Shown here in pieces: positions 20,336 through 30,733 of a DNA stretch of 64,000 nt (position 1 is its first letter; every line of letters starts with the position of its first letter). The position numbers were made by a program, and so were the translations under genes. Source of the DNA: Bacteriovoracaceae bacterium (GTDB lineage: Bacteria > Bdellovibrionota > Bacteriovoracia > Bacteriovoracales > Bacteriovoracaceae); NCBI GenBank assembly GCA_965217035.1, contig OZ244226.1:2338146-2402145 (forward strand), read 5' to 3'. Under the pieces are notes generated by a model. It was not told the origin of the DNA, did no database searches, and worked only from the letters and a program-made list of their open reading frames with translations.

Positions 20336-20470
20336 CATGCAATGAAGGGCGAGAAGGAAAAGTGCCTTAAGGCCGGCTTCGATGCTTATTTGTCGAAACC
20401 TGTGTCTCAATTGGTATTGTTGAGTAAAATAGAGAAATATACCACCGCGAAGCAGAAGATTTTAAATTAA
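20336..20470 (+). pseudogene. C-terminal fragment of a receiver domain (hybrid kinase / response regulator type)
   Basis: HAMKGEKEKCLKAGFDAYLSKPVSQLVLLSKIEKY* begins exactly at the IS end. Confidence 0.85.
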
Positions 20471-20590
20471 CTGCTATAAATTCTAAGTTTTAAATTGTGA
20501 AATTTCCTTAACAAAAACTATGAAATTCTGTGAATTTTATTCGAGTTAATTACCTTAGTCTCAATTAAGTATTCAATACTAGGAGACGAA

Positions 20591-21127
20591 ATGAAAAATA
20601 TATTATCAGCACTTTTATTAATTTTTTGTCTGGCTTATTTTGCCGAATCGATTAATGCATCAATTAATTACTCTGGAGCAGAGGCCGTAATCAAGGGGCT
20701 TGACGATAAAAAACTTGGCAAGATTGTATTTAGTGAAAATGCTGGGAAAATTAAAATTTCTGGAACTGTTTCTGGGCTAAATCCTAACAGTAAACATGCA
20801 ATACATATTCATGAAGCCGGGACCTGTGTCGGTGACTTTAGTGCAGCTGGTTCTCATTATGATCCTACCCACGAAAATAAGCATGGGACCATGAAAGAAG
20901 AGTCACATTATGGTGATCTTGGAAATTTAAAAACTAATTCTAAAGGTATCGCAAAGCTTGGAATTACGAGTGACAAATTATTCATAAACGTAGACCGACA
21001 TTCAATTGTCGGTAGAAGTATTATCATTCATAACAAAGCAGACGATTTTTCAACACAGCCTTCTGGGAACTCAGGTAAACGAATAGCCTGTGGTGTAATT
21101 GAGGGTACAAATAAGTTAAGCGAATAG
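20591..21127 (+). CDS. sodC: Cu/Zn superoxide dismutase, exported
   Basis: HAIHIHE, AGSHYDP, HYGDLGN, GNSGKRIACGVI; signal peptide. Confidence 0.93.
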   Translation: MKNILSALLLIFCLAYFAESINASINYSGAEAVIKGLDDKKLGKIVFSENAGKIKISGTVSGLNPNSKHAIHIHEAGTCVGDFSAAGSHYDPTHENKHGTMKEESHYGDLGNLKTNSKGIAKLGITSDKLFINVDRHSIVGRSIIIHNKADDFSTQPSGNSGKRIACGVIEGTNKLSE

Positions 21128-21166
21128 TTACAACAACGCTACTGAAAATTAACAAAGGGAGAAGAA

Positions 21167-21592
21167 ATGACAAAGAAAGAAAAAACAATTGCTAAAATTC
21201 TAAGAGGAGAGGTTTCTGCTTGTGAGGCATATGATCAAGCTATAGAAAAAATTGAAGATTTCCCGGAAAGATCTACTCTCGCAAAAATTAGAAACGATCA
21301 TCACGAAGCAGCTAACTTTTGGAAAGCACAAGCTAATATTCAGAGAGTTGATCAAGATAAAGATTCAGGAGCTTGGGGATCGGTCGTGAAGTCTTTCGTT
21401 GGAGCAAGTAAATTATTTGGTGATAATGCTACTTTAAAAGCCATTAAAGAAGGTGAAGAGCATGGATTAAGTAATTATGAAGATATGCTTGAAAATGAGG
21501 AAGTGACTATTGCTCAAAAACAAAAAATTAGAACATATTTCATTCCAAGACAACAAAACCATATTTCGACATTAAACTCAATGATGTCTTAA
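21167..21592 (+). CDS. DUF2383/PA2169-like ferritin-like four-helix protein
   Basis: GEVSACEAY, SGAWG, KEGEEHGL..Y. Confidence 0.82.
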   Translation: MTKKEKTIAKILRGEVSACEAYDQAIEKIEDFPERSTLAKIRNDHHEAANFWKAQANIQRVDQDKDSGAWGSVVKSFVGASKLFGDNATLKAIKEGEEHGLSNYEDMLENEEVTIAQKQKIRTYFIPRQQNHISTLNSMMS

Positions 21593-21622
21593 TAAAGTTA
21601 AATACTTAACAAGTAGAAAAAG

Positions 21623-21940
21623 ATGAATTTAAAATCATTACTTACGACAATTCTATTAACTTTTTCGCTAGCATCTTGTGCAACAAGCAAGCATAGTGAA
21701 TCTGCAGGTCAGTATTTAGACAGTTCTGCGATTACAGCAAAGGTAAGCTCAAAGCTTATGACTACTGAAGGAGTAACTGGAACTGCAATCGAAGTTGAAA
21801 CATACAAAGGGACTGTTATTTTAAGTGGCTTTGTTGATTCAGCTACTGAAAAAGAAAAAGCTGTCGAAGTTGCTAAAGCTGTAAAAGGTGTTAGAGATGT
21901 TAAGGATGCCCTTTACGTAAAAAGCGAATTTACCGAATAA
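21623..21940 (+). CDS. BON-domain lipoprotein (OsmY-like)
   Basis: LASC lipobox, DSSAITAKV, VETYKGTVILSGFV. Confidence 0.9.
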   Translation: MNLKSLLTTILLTFSLASCATSKHSESAGQYLDSSAITAKVSSKLMTTEGVTGTAIEVETYKGTVILSGFVDSATEKEKAVEVAKAVKGVRDVKDALYVKSEFTE

Positions 21941-22066
21941 TAGAAATTCAATAATTTTACTCATAATCGGCCAGCTTTTCTGCTGGTCGATTTCAATTTT
22001 TAAATCAAAGTTAAAAATTTTCAGATAAAAACGCAACGTGTTGATAGCGGTTTTATCACATCCTTA

Positions 22067-22819
22067 ATGATGGAAGCAAATAGGAGGTTTTGTATTAAGT
22101 TGATGTTTGCACTTATCGTTTTCCTTAATTCATATCTAGTTTTTGCATCAATTCATTCAAAACTAGATATTCAAAGCCATCTCTACGGGAAATCTAAGGA
22201 AGGAAGAGATTTGGTTGCTCTAGAACTAGGGATTAAAAATATATCTCCAAAGAGTTATATAGTATTAGTAGAAGGAGTGCATGGTAATGAATACATGGGG
22301 ATCCTTAAAAGGATAATTAAAAGATCGATCAAAGAACTCCATCTTATAAAAAGATATTTAAATATGGGAGGGAAGATACTTTTCTTTCCTAAGTTTAATC
22401 CTGACGGAGTTAGAGTTCGGTCAAGGAATAACTCTAGCAATTTAGATTTAAATAGAAAATTTGGTTCAAAGTTAGCTGAAAGCTCAGAGATATCAAGCTT
22501 CGTTGATTTTTTAAGAAATAAGTTATTGAAAAACGAAGCCAACTTACTTTTTGGATTAGATTATCACTGCTGTGCTGGAAAAATTCTTGTTGAGGAAAGT
22601 ACTATAGACGCAAAAACAATAAAGAAGATTCAAACTTTAGTAAACAAAAGTTTCAAAGATAAGTATGAAGTAAGTAATAGCTATAAGGTTTTTGGAACTG
22701 ACTTCAAGGGAACACTGAAAAAGTTTTTAGCAAAAGAATTTAATTCTTTGTCGATGACTTATGAAGCAAAAAAATCAATTTTAGTAGTGAAAAACCCTAT
22801 GAAAATTGGAAGTTTTTAG
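22067..22819 (+). CDS. M14-type zinc carboxypeptidase (MpaA-like)
   Basis: GKSKEGR, GVHGNE, NPDG, R-N-NLDLNR, LDYH. Confidence 0.75.
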   Translation: MMEANRRFCIKLMFALIVFLNSYLVFASIHSKLDIQSHLYGKSKEGRDLVALELGIKNISPKSYIVLVEGVHGNEYMGILKRIIKRSIKELHLIKRYLNMGGKILFFPKFNPDGVRVRSRNNSSNLDLNRKFGSKLAESSEISSFVDFLRNKLLKNEANLLFGLDYHCCAGKILVEESTIDAKTIKKIQTLVNKSFKDKYEVSNSYKVFGTDFKGTLKKFLAKEFNSLSMTYEAKKSILVVKNPMKIGSF

Positions 22820-22907
22820 TAGGCTTAACTAATTATTTACAAAGTAAGGAATTCGACCAAGAGATATGATTTTTAGTTCATTATCTCTTGGCCGGTCTAT
22901 TACTAGA

Positions 22908-23222
22908 TTACTCTGAATAGAGCTCGTTGTTGTGAGGCGGGAGTGGCTTTTTCATCAGATTGATTGTTTTGTCATCTAAAAAACCACTTTCAGGAAGATT
23001 GTTAATTTTCTGTATTCTTTTTATTGCTTCGATTAGTTCTAGGTTAAATGACCCATCAATGGAGCCATGGTGTAAACATTCTTCATTTGAGAAAGATTGA
23101 GCTAGAATTACCTTTTCACTATGTCTGAGCGTTGTTTGCGTTTGGCTGACGCCTTTTTTTACTCCATTGAGAGTAAAGATTATGAAGAATATGCTTAAAA
23201 AACCTATATTTCTAAGTTCCAT
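22908..23222 (-). CDS. Small protein with peptidoglycan-binding-like C-terminal motif
   Basis: IDGSF...EAIKRIQKINNLPESGFLD resembles PG_binding_1. Confidence 0.5.
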   Translation of the reverse strand: MELRNIGFLSIFFIIFTLNGVKKGVSQTQTTLRHSEKVILAQSFSNEECLHHGSIDGSFNLELIEAIKRIQKINNLPESGFLDDKTINLMKKPLPPHNNELYSE

Positions 23223-23447
23223 ACATGGAATGTAGAAGAAGCCACTCAGATAGTATTGAAATCAAGGTGTAACTTATGTGTAGGAAATTGCAAGGATTAT
23301 CTTTTTTGTGCGATGAGTCTGTGCACCTACTTGATTCAGCAAATTTTTAAGAAAAAACACAATTTTTACAACATATAGAAAATATAAAATCTGCTTTCGA
23401 TTTAATAATGTTTTAACGATTATTTTAATTCGACAAGGAGGTTTGTT

Positions 23448-23630
23448 GTGAATGAAGATTTTTATATTATTGAAAAAGGTAAATCATTTAATATGCTAGA
23501 CTTTTTAAGTGATTCTTTCATTTTTGAAGAAGAAGAAACTTTAGACTTAAGCTGTCTATCGGTCACATCGATGACTAGATATCTAAAAAGTATTGGTGAT
23601 ACTAATTCTGACTATGAAATAGCGGGTTAA
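23448..23630 (+). CDS. Small acidic hypothetical protein
   Basis: Strong AAGGAGG RBS before GTG. Confidence 0.55.
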   Translation: MNEDFYIIEKGKSFNMLDFLSDSFIFEEEETLDLSCLSVTSMTRYLKSIGDTNSDYEIAG

Positions 23631-23659
23631 TATTATTTAAACTGAAAGGAGAACTTAAA

Positions 23660-23842
23660 ATGGGAAGAGGTGATAAGAAGAAGTATACAAAAAAGCAAAA
23701 GCGAAAAGCACAGCATATTAAAGAAAGTTATCTAGAAGATGGGAAATCTGAAGAAGAGGCATCCGAAATTGCATGGAGGACTGTGAACTCTCAAGATGGA
23801 GGAGGAAATCGTAAGGGGGGCTCTGGAAGAGATGAAGACTAA
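23660..23842 (+). CDS. Small general-stress-type protein (ChaB-like / 'plasmid stabilization' annotated family)
   Basis: RGDK..YT.KQKRKA.HI..SY...G.S.EEA..IAW.TVN..GGG conserved pattern; AGGAG RBS. Confidence 0.75.
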   Translation: MGRGDKKKYTKKQKRKAQHIKESYLEDGKSEEEASEIAWRTVNSQDGGGNRKGGSGRDED

Positions 23843-23963
23843 AAGGAAGTATTTTGAGTATTGCTACTAAAGTAAGATTTTATACTGATTTGGCACATAT
23901 TTTTTACAAATATGGCGAGCATGAGTTTGCGAATTGTTTAGGAAGACTTCATTGTAATGTCGA

Positions 23964-24095
23964 GCCGCTATGTTAATGAAGTATGAAACTGGATTTATGC
24001 TGATGGGGTATCCCGGTTTTGCTATAATTCTATTTTGTACAGCAGTTGTTGGCTCATTCATTCTATTAGCAAGCACTTTATTTAGAGATGGATAG
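23964..24095 (+). pseudogene. Probable C-terminal TM fragment of an AarF/UbiB(ABC1)-type kinase
   Basis: AAMLMKYETGFMLMGYPGFAIILFCTAVVGSFILLASTLFRDG*; stop overlaps the next gene. Confidence 0.5.
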
Positions 24096-24798
24096 AATGA
24101 AAGTGGTTACATACAACATTAACAAGGCTAAAGGCTGGAGCTTTTTTCAGAATAATATTAAAAAGTTGGAAGAATTTATTAAAGATAGTGATGCCGATAT
24201 TGTTATCCTTCAAGAAGTTGTCGGTTTGAACTCGAAAAGAAAGATATTGAGTACGCAGCTTGAGGAAATCGCTGATAATACTTGGAAAGACTTTAAATAT
24301 GAGAGGAATTCAGTTTATAAACATGGTCATCATGGGAATGCGATTTTATCAAAATTTCCTATAGAGTCTTATTTCCAAAAAAATATTTCTACAAATAAGT
24401 TCGAACAAAGAGGAGTTCTTTATACAAAAATAAGACATTCAAGTGACGAAATACTGCATTTGTACAATATTCATTTAGACTTAACTGAAAGAGGAAGAAA
24501 GAAGCAAGCGCAGAGCTTACTTAAACTTATAAATTCTCATAATAAAGGAGATAAAGTTATTATGGCTGGAGATTTCAATGATTGGAAAACAAGTATTGGA
24601 GACATCTTTGAGAAGGAAGGAATGAAAGAAGTGGGTAAAGTCACCAATGGAGTTAACTATAAAACTTTTCCATCATTTTTCCCTATTTTATCCTTAGATC
24701 GGATTTACTATAAAAACTTAAATCTTATCAGTTCTAATCCACTAAATGGAAATAAGTTATCTGACCATCTCCCTGTTTTTTGTGAATTTAGTCTCTAA
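24088..24798 (+). CDS. Endonuclease/exonuclease/phosphatase family protein (YbhP-like)
   Basis: TYNINK, LQEV, HHGNAILS, GDFNDW, LDRIY, SDHLP. Confidence 0.9.
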   Translation: MDRMKVVTYNINKAKGWSFFQNNIKKLEEFIKDSDADIVILQEVVGLNSKRKILSTQLEEIADNTWKDFKYERNSVYKHGHHGNAILSKFPIESYFQKNISTNKFEQRGVLYTKIRHSSDEILHLYNIHLDLTERGRKKQAQSLLKLINSHNKGDKVIMAGDFNDWKTSIGDIFEKEGMKEVGKVTNGVNYKTFPSFFPILSLDRIYYKNLNLISSNPLNGNKLSDHLPVFCEFSL

Positions 24799-24800
24799 TT

Positions 24801-25925
24801 ATGGAAAGAGTTGATAATGATTTTTTGTTAATCAAAGCTGGACGAGAATACTTTGAAAAGCTCCTTTTAGAGCTTGATAAAGCAAAAACTGAAGTATTGA
24901 TTAATATTTATGAGATTAAGCTTGATACCGTTGGAGAGAAGTTTCTCGAAGCTTTAAATAAATGCTCGGAAAAGGGAGTGATAATCAATCTTTTAGTCGA
25001 TGCAGTGGGCTCATTTGAGTCTTATCAAAAAATAAAAAAAATTATATCAGAAGAGATTAAATTTACAGTTTTTAATGAGTTTTCAAAAAATAGTGTTTTT
25101 AGGTTTAATAGACGACTTCATCAAAAATGTATCGTAATTGATCAGAAAACTGCCTTCATCGGAGGAGTTAATATTTCAGAAGAATATCTTTGTAATAGTG
25201 AATCTGTTCCATGGCTTGATTACTCTGTATATGTTAAAGGGAAGATTTGTCTTGAGATACTTAGAAAAATTTCTCCTTATCATAAGGACTACGCAAAAGG
25301 TAAAAAACTAAGTCAAAAATCTACTCAAAAACAAAATACAGAGAATATTTTGCTTCAAGATTTTTGGAGAGGGAAAAGAGAACTCAGTAGAACTTATTTG
25401 AAAAAAATAAAAAATGCCAAAAAGTCTATTGTGATAATGAATGCGTATTTTTTCCCTCGACGAAGTTTCTTGAGACAGCTGAGGAAAGCTACTAAAAGAG
25501 GTGTTGAGATCGAAATAATTCTTAATTATAATTCTGATAGTAAATTTGTTGATTGGTTGACTAAATTTTTATATGCAGATTTGGATAGGGTTGGGATAAA
25601 GATCTATGAGTGGAAAAAATCCGTTTTACACTCAAAGATCGCGATTGTTGATAATCAGTGGTGTACGATAGGTTCATATAATCTAGATGATTTAAGCCGA
25701 TTTTCTAATATAGAGCTGAATTACTCAAGCAGTGATATAGAAAAAGTCAAAATAGTTAGCTCAGAGCTCTCACGTATTAAAAAAACATGTGAAAAAGTAA
25801 ACCTTGAAAAAAAGTATATAATGGCTTTCCTCATAAGAGTTAGAGGTGCAGTCTGTCTTCTTATATATAAAGTATCATTTTTTTTGTTTAAAACTGCTTT
25901 TATTAAAAAAAGTAAGCCAAGCTAA
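24801..25925 (+). CDS. clsB: Cardiolipin synthase B-like phospholipase D
   Basis: Two HKD motifs (HQKCIVID, HSKIAIVD), no N-terminal TM, downstream of ybhP-like gene. Confidence 0.8.
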   Translation: MERVDNDFLLIKAGREYFEKLLLELDKAKTEVLINIYEIKLDTVGEKFLEALNKCSEKGVIINLLVDAVGSFESYQKIKKIISEEIKFTVFNEFSKNSVFRFNRRLHQKCIVIDQKTAFIGGVNISEEYLCNSESVPWLDYSVYVKGKICLEILRKISPYHKDYAKGKKLSQKSTQKQNTENILLQDFWRGKRELSRTYLKKIKNAKKSIVIMNAYFFPRRSFLRQLRKATKRGVEIEIILNYNSDSKFVDWLTKFLYADLDRVGIKIYEWKKSVLHSKIAIVDNQWCTIGSYNLDDLSRFSNIELNYSSSDIEKVKIVSSELSRIKKTCEKVNLEKKYIMAFLIRVRGAVCLLIYKVSFFLFKTAFIKKSKPS

Positions 25926-26961
25926 TAGATCCCCAGTCGAAACTTCTATCACTAATGCCAACTTTAGTTTCACTTGTGCGAAACCTATGGCCATAGTTAA
26001 GTCTGAGTCTTCTAGAAAGATCAAGAGTTAAACCTACCCAGCCTTCCAATATAATTGACCTTAGCTGGTTATAATCAAGTTCATAAGCACTATCTCTGAA
26101 TTGACCTTGAAGAAATGCGTTATAGATTACTACTCTTGGTTTAATTCCAAAGTGTAGAAAAAAATCATATTCATTCAGTAAGCGTTTCTGATTAGGAAAA
26201 GAGTCGCTTCCAATTGCAGCAGGATCAATATTGTATCGATACCAATTAGATTTTATAATGCCAATTCTAGAGGCTATTCCAAATGACAAATCTGAAAGGT
26301 AGCCAATTGAGAAAGCAGGATTTATTATTAGGGTATAGTATTTTTTATCAATCAGAACTGTGGAACGTTGAAGTGAGTAGCGGACTGTTGGTTCTCCTCC
26401 ATTTGATATCTGGTGATCCCAGCCATTCGCTATGGGGGAATCTATCGTCTTATGAACGCGATTCTGGATATTGGGCGGAATTTTTGTTCCCAATACTCCA
26501 AGGCTCAACGTCGAAATCCAGGAATGTTTATAATTTGATTCTAAAACCTGCTTTGACCCCGCTACATAAACGAGGTTAGAGTATGGCCTGTCAGTATAAT
26601 CTATATCAGTGGAGTTAATATCTTGCGGAGTGAAGATTAAAAAACCAAACTCCAAGCTTGAAAATGAGAAAAACTTTTCATTCTTTGGAAGGAGCTTTTC
26701 ATTGATTTTGTTAAAGAAGTAGAAAGAGTTACTAAAATCTTCTTTAGTATATTTAATCGAAAAACTGGCCGAATAATCTCTATCGTTAGAAGAACTAAAC
26801 ATGTCGTTATCTGTTGTTATAGAAAGCGCTTCATTTGGATTATTACCTCCAAAACTGTTAAGGACAAAAAATAATGAGATTAATGAAGTAAAAATGATAT
26901 CTATAACGACTTTCAAAATAGTTTCCTCTTGAGTCAATAGTCTATATGAAAAGCAATTCAA
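25903..26961 (-). CDS. Lipid A deacylase LpxR family outer-membrane protein (true start probably slightly downstream)
   Basis: DNDMF..DRDYS, FTPQDI, DRPY, GWDHQI, C-terminal aromatic residue. Confidence 0.82.
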   Translation of the reverse strand: MNCFSYRLLTQEETILKVVIDIIFTSLISLFFVLNSFGGNNPNEALSITTDNDMFSSSNDRDYSASFSIKYTKEDFSNSFYFFNKINEKLLPKNEKFFSFSSLEFGFLIFTPQDINSTDIDYTDRPYSNLVYVAGSKQVLESNYKHSWISTLSLGVLGTKIPPNIQNRVHKTIDSPIANGWDHQISNGGEPTVRYSLQRSTVLIDKKYYTLIINPAFSIGYLSDLSFGIASRIGIIKSNWYRYNIDPAAIGSDSFPNQKRLLNEYDFFLHFGIKPRVVIYNAFLQGQFRDSAYELDYNQLRSIILEGWVGLTLDLSRRLRLNYGHRFRTSETKVGISDRSFDWGSISLAYFF

Positions 26962-27074
26962 TGAAATAGAGATCTACTCCTATTTTTGTGTAAATTTCAA
27001 CACAAAAAATATTGAAAATGAAGATTATTAACGCTTTGAGTTTTTTTACAATTAATTAAGAAAAAGGCTTAAAT

Positions 27075-28394
27075 ATGAAGAAATATGACTATGTAATTAT
27101 TGGTGCTGGGACAGCTGGTCTAGCTGCTCAAAAAGAAGTTGCAAAAGTTACTAACTCCTACTGTGTTATTGATAAAGGTCCTCTTGGAACAACATGTGCA
27201 AGAGAAGGTTGTATGCCTTCAAAAGCGTTCATAGAGATTGCAAATGAATATCATGCGAGAAATAGCTTAAATAGTAGAGGACTAAGTGAGAGGTTTAATC
27301 CTTTTCTTAAGTCTCAAGAAGTTTTAAGGAATGTTAGGAAGCTCAGAGACCATTTTACTGACTATATGGTTTCAAGAATTAGTGAATTGGGGGAAAAACT
27401 TATATTGAGCGAAGCAAAATTGTATGATGAAAACAAAGTAATTCTTGCTGATGAAACTCGAATAGAAGCCAAGAAAATAATCGTTGCTGTAGGTTCTAAG
27501 CCTATTATTCCTCAAGAGTGGAAGCAGCTATCAAGCAAGGTTATTACCTCGGATGATTTATTTGAATTAGAAGAGCTACCGAACTCTATGGCCATCGTTG
27601 GATTAGGACCTATTGGGTTGGAATTAGGTCAGGCTTTATCAAGGCTAGAGGTCGAAACTAAGATGTTTCATAACAACAATCAGATAGCTAGTTTATCAGA
27701 CCCGAATATTATTGAGTACGTAAATAGAAATTTTCTGAAGAGTTTAGATATAAGCTTTTCAAAAGCAGAGGTTCTTTCAAAGAAAGAGGGAATTGTAGGT
27801 AATGAGGATCTAGAGTTCAATCCAGAAAAAATCCTTCTTTCCATAGGAAGAGAGTCAAACCTAGATTCACTAGGTTTGAAGAAATTAGGTTATGATATTT
27901 CTAAAAAAGATAAACAGTATTATTTCTTAAGTGATGCCCCAAATATATACATCATCGGTGATGCAAATTCTCAAAGCACAGTTCTCCACAAAGCCAGTGA
28001 AGAAGCCAAAAGAGCAGTTGAGCATTCAACGAATGAAGGAAAAGTTACCACCAGAGAAACTCCGAGGCTAGAAATAACTTTCAGTGATCCTCAAATTGCA
28101 ATAGTAGGGAAAAAAAAGTCTGAATTATTGAATCAAAAAATTGAAGTAAAAGAAGTTAGGTTTGATAATCAAGGTAGAAGTATTGTTGAAAATAAAAACT
28201 CTGGGATTATTCGAGCCTATTTTTGCCAAAAGAATACCAAGTTACTAGGAGCTGAACTCTTTTGTCACGATGCCGAATACTTTGCACATTTCTTAGCATG
28301 GGTGATTCAGCTTGATTTGAAGAGGCCTGAGTTGAAAAGCCTACCTTATTATCACCCAACAACAACTGAAAAATTAAGAGATCTTTTTGCTTGA
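27075..28394 (+). CDS. Dihydrolipoamide dehydrogenase-like pyridine nucleotide-disulfide oxidoreductase
   Basis: GAGTAG, GTTCAREGCMPSK, GLGPIGLELG, YHPTTTE. Confidence 0.88.
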   Translation: MKKYDYVIIGAGTAGLAAQKEVAKVTNSYCVIDKGPLGTTCAREGCMPSKAFIEIANEYHARNSLNSRGLSERFNPFLKSQEVLRNVRKLRDHFTDYMVSRISELGEKLILSEAKLYDENKVILADETRIEAKKIIVAVGSKPIIPQEWKQLSSKVITSDDLFELEELPNSMAIVGLGPIGLELGQALSRLEVETKMFHNNNQIASLSDPNIIEYVNRNFLKSLDISFSKAEVLSKKEGIVGNEDLEFNPEKILLSIGRESNLDSLGLKKLGYDISKKDKQYYFLSDAPNIYIIGDANSQSTVLHKASEEAKRAVEHSTNEGKVTTRETPRLEITFSDPQIAIVGKKKSELLNQKIEVKEVRFDNQGRSIVENKNSGIIRAYFCQKNTKLLGAELFCHDAEYFAHFLAWVIQLDLKRPELKSLPYYHPTTTEKLRDLFA

Positions 28395-28416
28395 TTATAA
28401 ATAGGAGGTAATTAAT

Positions 28417-28629
28417 ATGGTTGATGAAACTGAAATTAAAGACTTGATGAACAGTACAAAAAACAAAGTCGAAAAAATGAAAGTTTTGAAAAATTGGAAA
28501 AATGATTGTCAACAAATTCAAAGAGCTTCTGAGGAAGGAATGAATAAGAAAAGCGATAATCATTATAATCCTGAAATGATTACTTTGATTAATAACGCGA
28601 TAACAAAAATTGAAAGTGAGGAGAAATGA
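28417..28629 (+). CDS. Small hypothetical protein
   Basis: AGGAGG RBS; ATGA overlap with next gene. Confidence 0.6.
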   Translation: MVDETEIKDLMNSTKNKVEKMKVLKNWKNDCQQIQRASEEGMNKKSDNHYNPEMITLINNAITKIESEEK

Positions 28630-29054
28630 ATACACAAATTTCAAATGACATGATTAATGGAGTCTTGCAAGGCGAATATGCTGCCATTGAAAGCTATGAT
28701 AAAATTCTATTTACTGAAAAGAATAAAGACCGTAGAAAGGTATATAAAAAAACAAGAATGAATCATGTTGATGCTATCAAAAAACTAAGAAAGGTATTAA
28801 CTGCCAATAAGGTGAGTCCTGAATCAAGTAGTGGAATATGGGGCGATGTTGTCAGCTTGATTACAAACATTGCGAAAGAGTTAGATCAAGATCTACTAAG
28901 AAAAGCTATTTTAAAAGGTGAAGAAAACGGTCTACAGCTTTATCAGGATATTTTAAAAAGTGATATTGACGAAAAAACTCGTATTGTATTAACTGAAATT
29001 GTTGAAGACTATCAAAAAAGAAACATCAATAGGATTAAAAAACTAGATAGTTAG
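28626..29054 (+). CDS. DUF2383/PA2169-like ferritin-like protein (second copy)
   Basis: GEYAAIESY, SSGIWG, KGEENGL.LY. Confidence 0.8.
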   Translation: MNTQISNDMINGVLQGEYAAIESYDKILFTEKNKDRRKVYKKTRMNHVDAIKKLRKVLTANKVSPESSSGIWGDVVSLITNIAKELDQDLLRKAILKGEENGLQLYQDILKSDIDEKTRIVLTEIVEDYQKRNINRIKKLDS

Positions 29055-29299
29055 CTTATAGAACTCATTCCCGTTACTTTGTAATAGCGCCTTCTTACTG
29101 CCGCTGAAGTTATTAGGTCTGCCTTTCAAAAAAAATTGTCAAAACTTACACATTCATTACACCTGAATGTCGAGAAATGATTCTTTTTTGGACTGTATAT
29201 TGGAAAGTGAATAAAAATATGGCTAGAGTAAGCCAATCGAATAAAAAAAATAGCCCCACGGAGATAAATTCCTGCGAGGTCACATTTAAAAGGAAAAAA

Positions 29300-30688
29300 A
29301 TGAAAACAATTAATGATGAACTCAATCAAACAATAAACCCCTTTACTGAGAAAGTTATCGACTCCTTTAATTTCCATACAACTGATGAAGCGAAGAGAAT
29401 CTTGAATTTCTCTCATAAAGCTTTTCAAATATGGAAACAAGTTGCCCTAGAAGAAAAAAAAACAGTAATAAATGAATTTTCGAGACACCTTAAGGAATCA
29501 AAAGATGATTTGGCAAATCTCATGACAACTGAGATGGGAAAACCAATTGTTCAATCTCATGCTGAAATTCAGAGATGTCTTGATATTATTTCTTATAGTA
29601 TTGAGAATGCTCAGGAATTTTTAGCGGACAAAGAGAAGGACTTCTCGAAGGGAAAAGCTCTTGTCACTTATCAACCTCAAGGCGTCATTCTTGGGATTCA
29701 ACCTTGGAATTTCCCTCTCTATCAAGCTTTAAGATACACAATTCCCAATCTATTAGCAGGGAATACCGTTCTTCTTAAGCATGCGAAAAATGTTTGGGGA
29801 ACAGCACTTATGATTGAAAAATTATTTGAAAAAACTAAACTTACAGAAGGAGCCTTTAGAGTTTTAAAATTAAAATCAAATGACACAGACTTTCTTTATG
29901 AGTCGAGTAAAGTGAGGGGAGTGACATTTACAGGAAGCAGTGAGACTGGTTCTATTATTGCAAAAAAAGCCGGTGAGAATTTGAAAAAAACTGTCCTTGA
30001 ACTTGGGGGAAATGATGCTTATATCGTTCTCGATGGTGCTGACTTAGAATCAACTGTTGATGCTTGCATTAAAGGACGCTTAAATAATAACGGTCAAACT
30101 TGTATTTGTGCGAAGAGGTTTCTAGTAGAAGAATCTATCTATGATCAATTTAAAGAAATGTTCATGGCCAAAATGAAAGACTCTCAAGTAGGTGACCCTT
30201 TTAATGAAAAAACAGATGTGGGACCTATGGCGAGAGAGGACTTATTAAAAAAACTCCATGATCAAGTTACTGAATCAATTAAGAAAGGTGCCAATTGTAT
30301 ATTAGGAGGCAGAAGAATTGATCGTGAAGGGTACTTTTATGAACCTACAATTTTAGAAGACCTAAAAGCAGGGATGCCTGCTTATGATGAGGAGCTTTTT
30401 GGACCAGTTGCAAGTCTTATTAAAGTGAAAAATGTCGATGAAGCTATTGAGATTGCTAACTCCTCTAAGTATGGTCTAGGTGGTGGTATATTTGGTGCAA
30501 ATGAGGATGAACTCGTCAAAATTGCAAAATCGAAATTAGATACAGGGATGGTTAACGTTAATGGCTATGGTTCAGCGGGAGCCAATATGCCTTTTGGTGG
30601 AGTGAAGGCGAGTGGCTATGGAAGAGAATTTAGTCATCTTGGATTTCATGAGTTCGTTAATATTAAATCAATTATGATTCATCGCTAA
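29300..30688 (+). CDS. NAD(P)-dependent succinate-semialdehyde/aldehyde dehydrogenase
   Basis: QPWNFP, FTGS, LELGGND, NNGQTCIC, EELFGPV, PFGGVKASGYGRE; AAGGA RBS before ATG 29300. Confidence 0.93.
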   Translation: MKTINDELNQTINPFTEKVIDSFNFHTTDEAKRILNFSHKAFQIWKQVALEEKKTVINEFSRHLKESKDDLANLMTTEMGKPIVQSHAEIQRCLDIISYSIENAQEFLADKEKDFSKGKALVTYQPQGVILGIQPWNFPLYQALRYTIPNLLAGNTVLLKHAKNVWGTALMIEKLFEKTKLTEGAFRVLKLKSNDTDFLYESSKVRGVTFTGSSETGSIIAKKAGENLKKTVLELGGNDAYIVLDGADLESTVDACIKGRLNNNGQTCICAKRFLVEESIYDQFKEMFMAKMKDSQVGDPFNEKTDVGPMAREDLLKKLHDQVTESIKKGANCILGGRRIDREGYFYEPTILEDLKAGMPAYDEELFGPVASLIKVKNVDEAIEIANSSKYGLGGGIFGANEDELVKIAKSKLDTGMVNVNGYGSAGANMPFGGVKASGYGREFSHLGFHEFVNIKSIMIHR

Positions 30689-30733
30689 TGTACTAGGATC
30701 TCTATTAAAATAAAACTAAAATAGGAAGTATTT

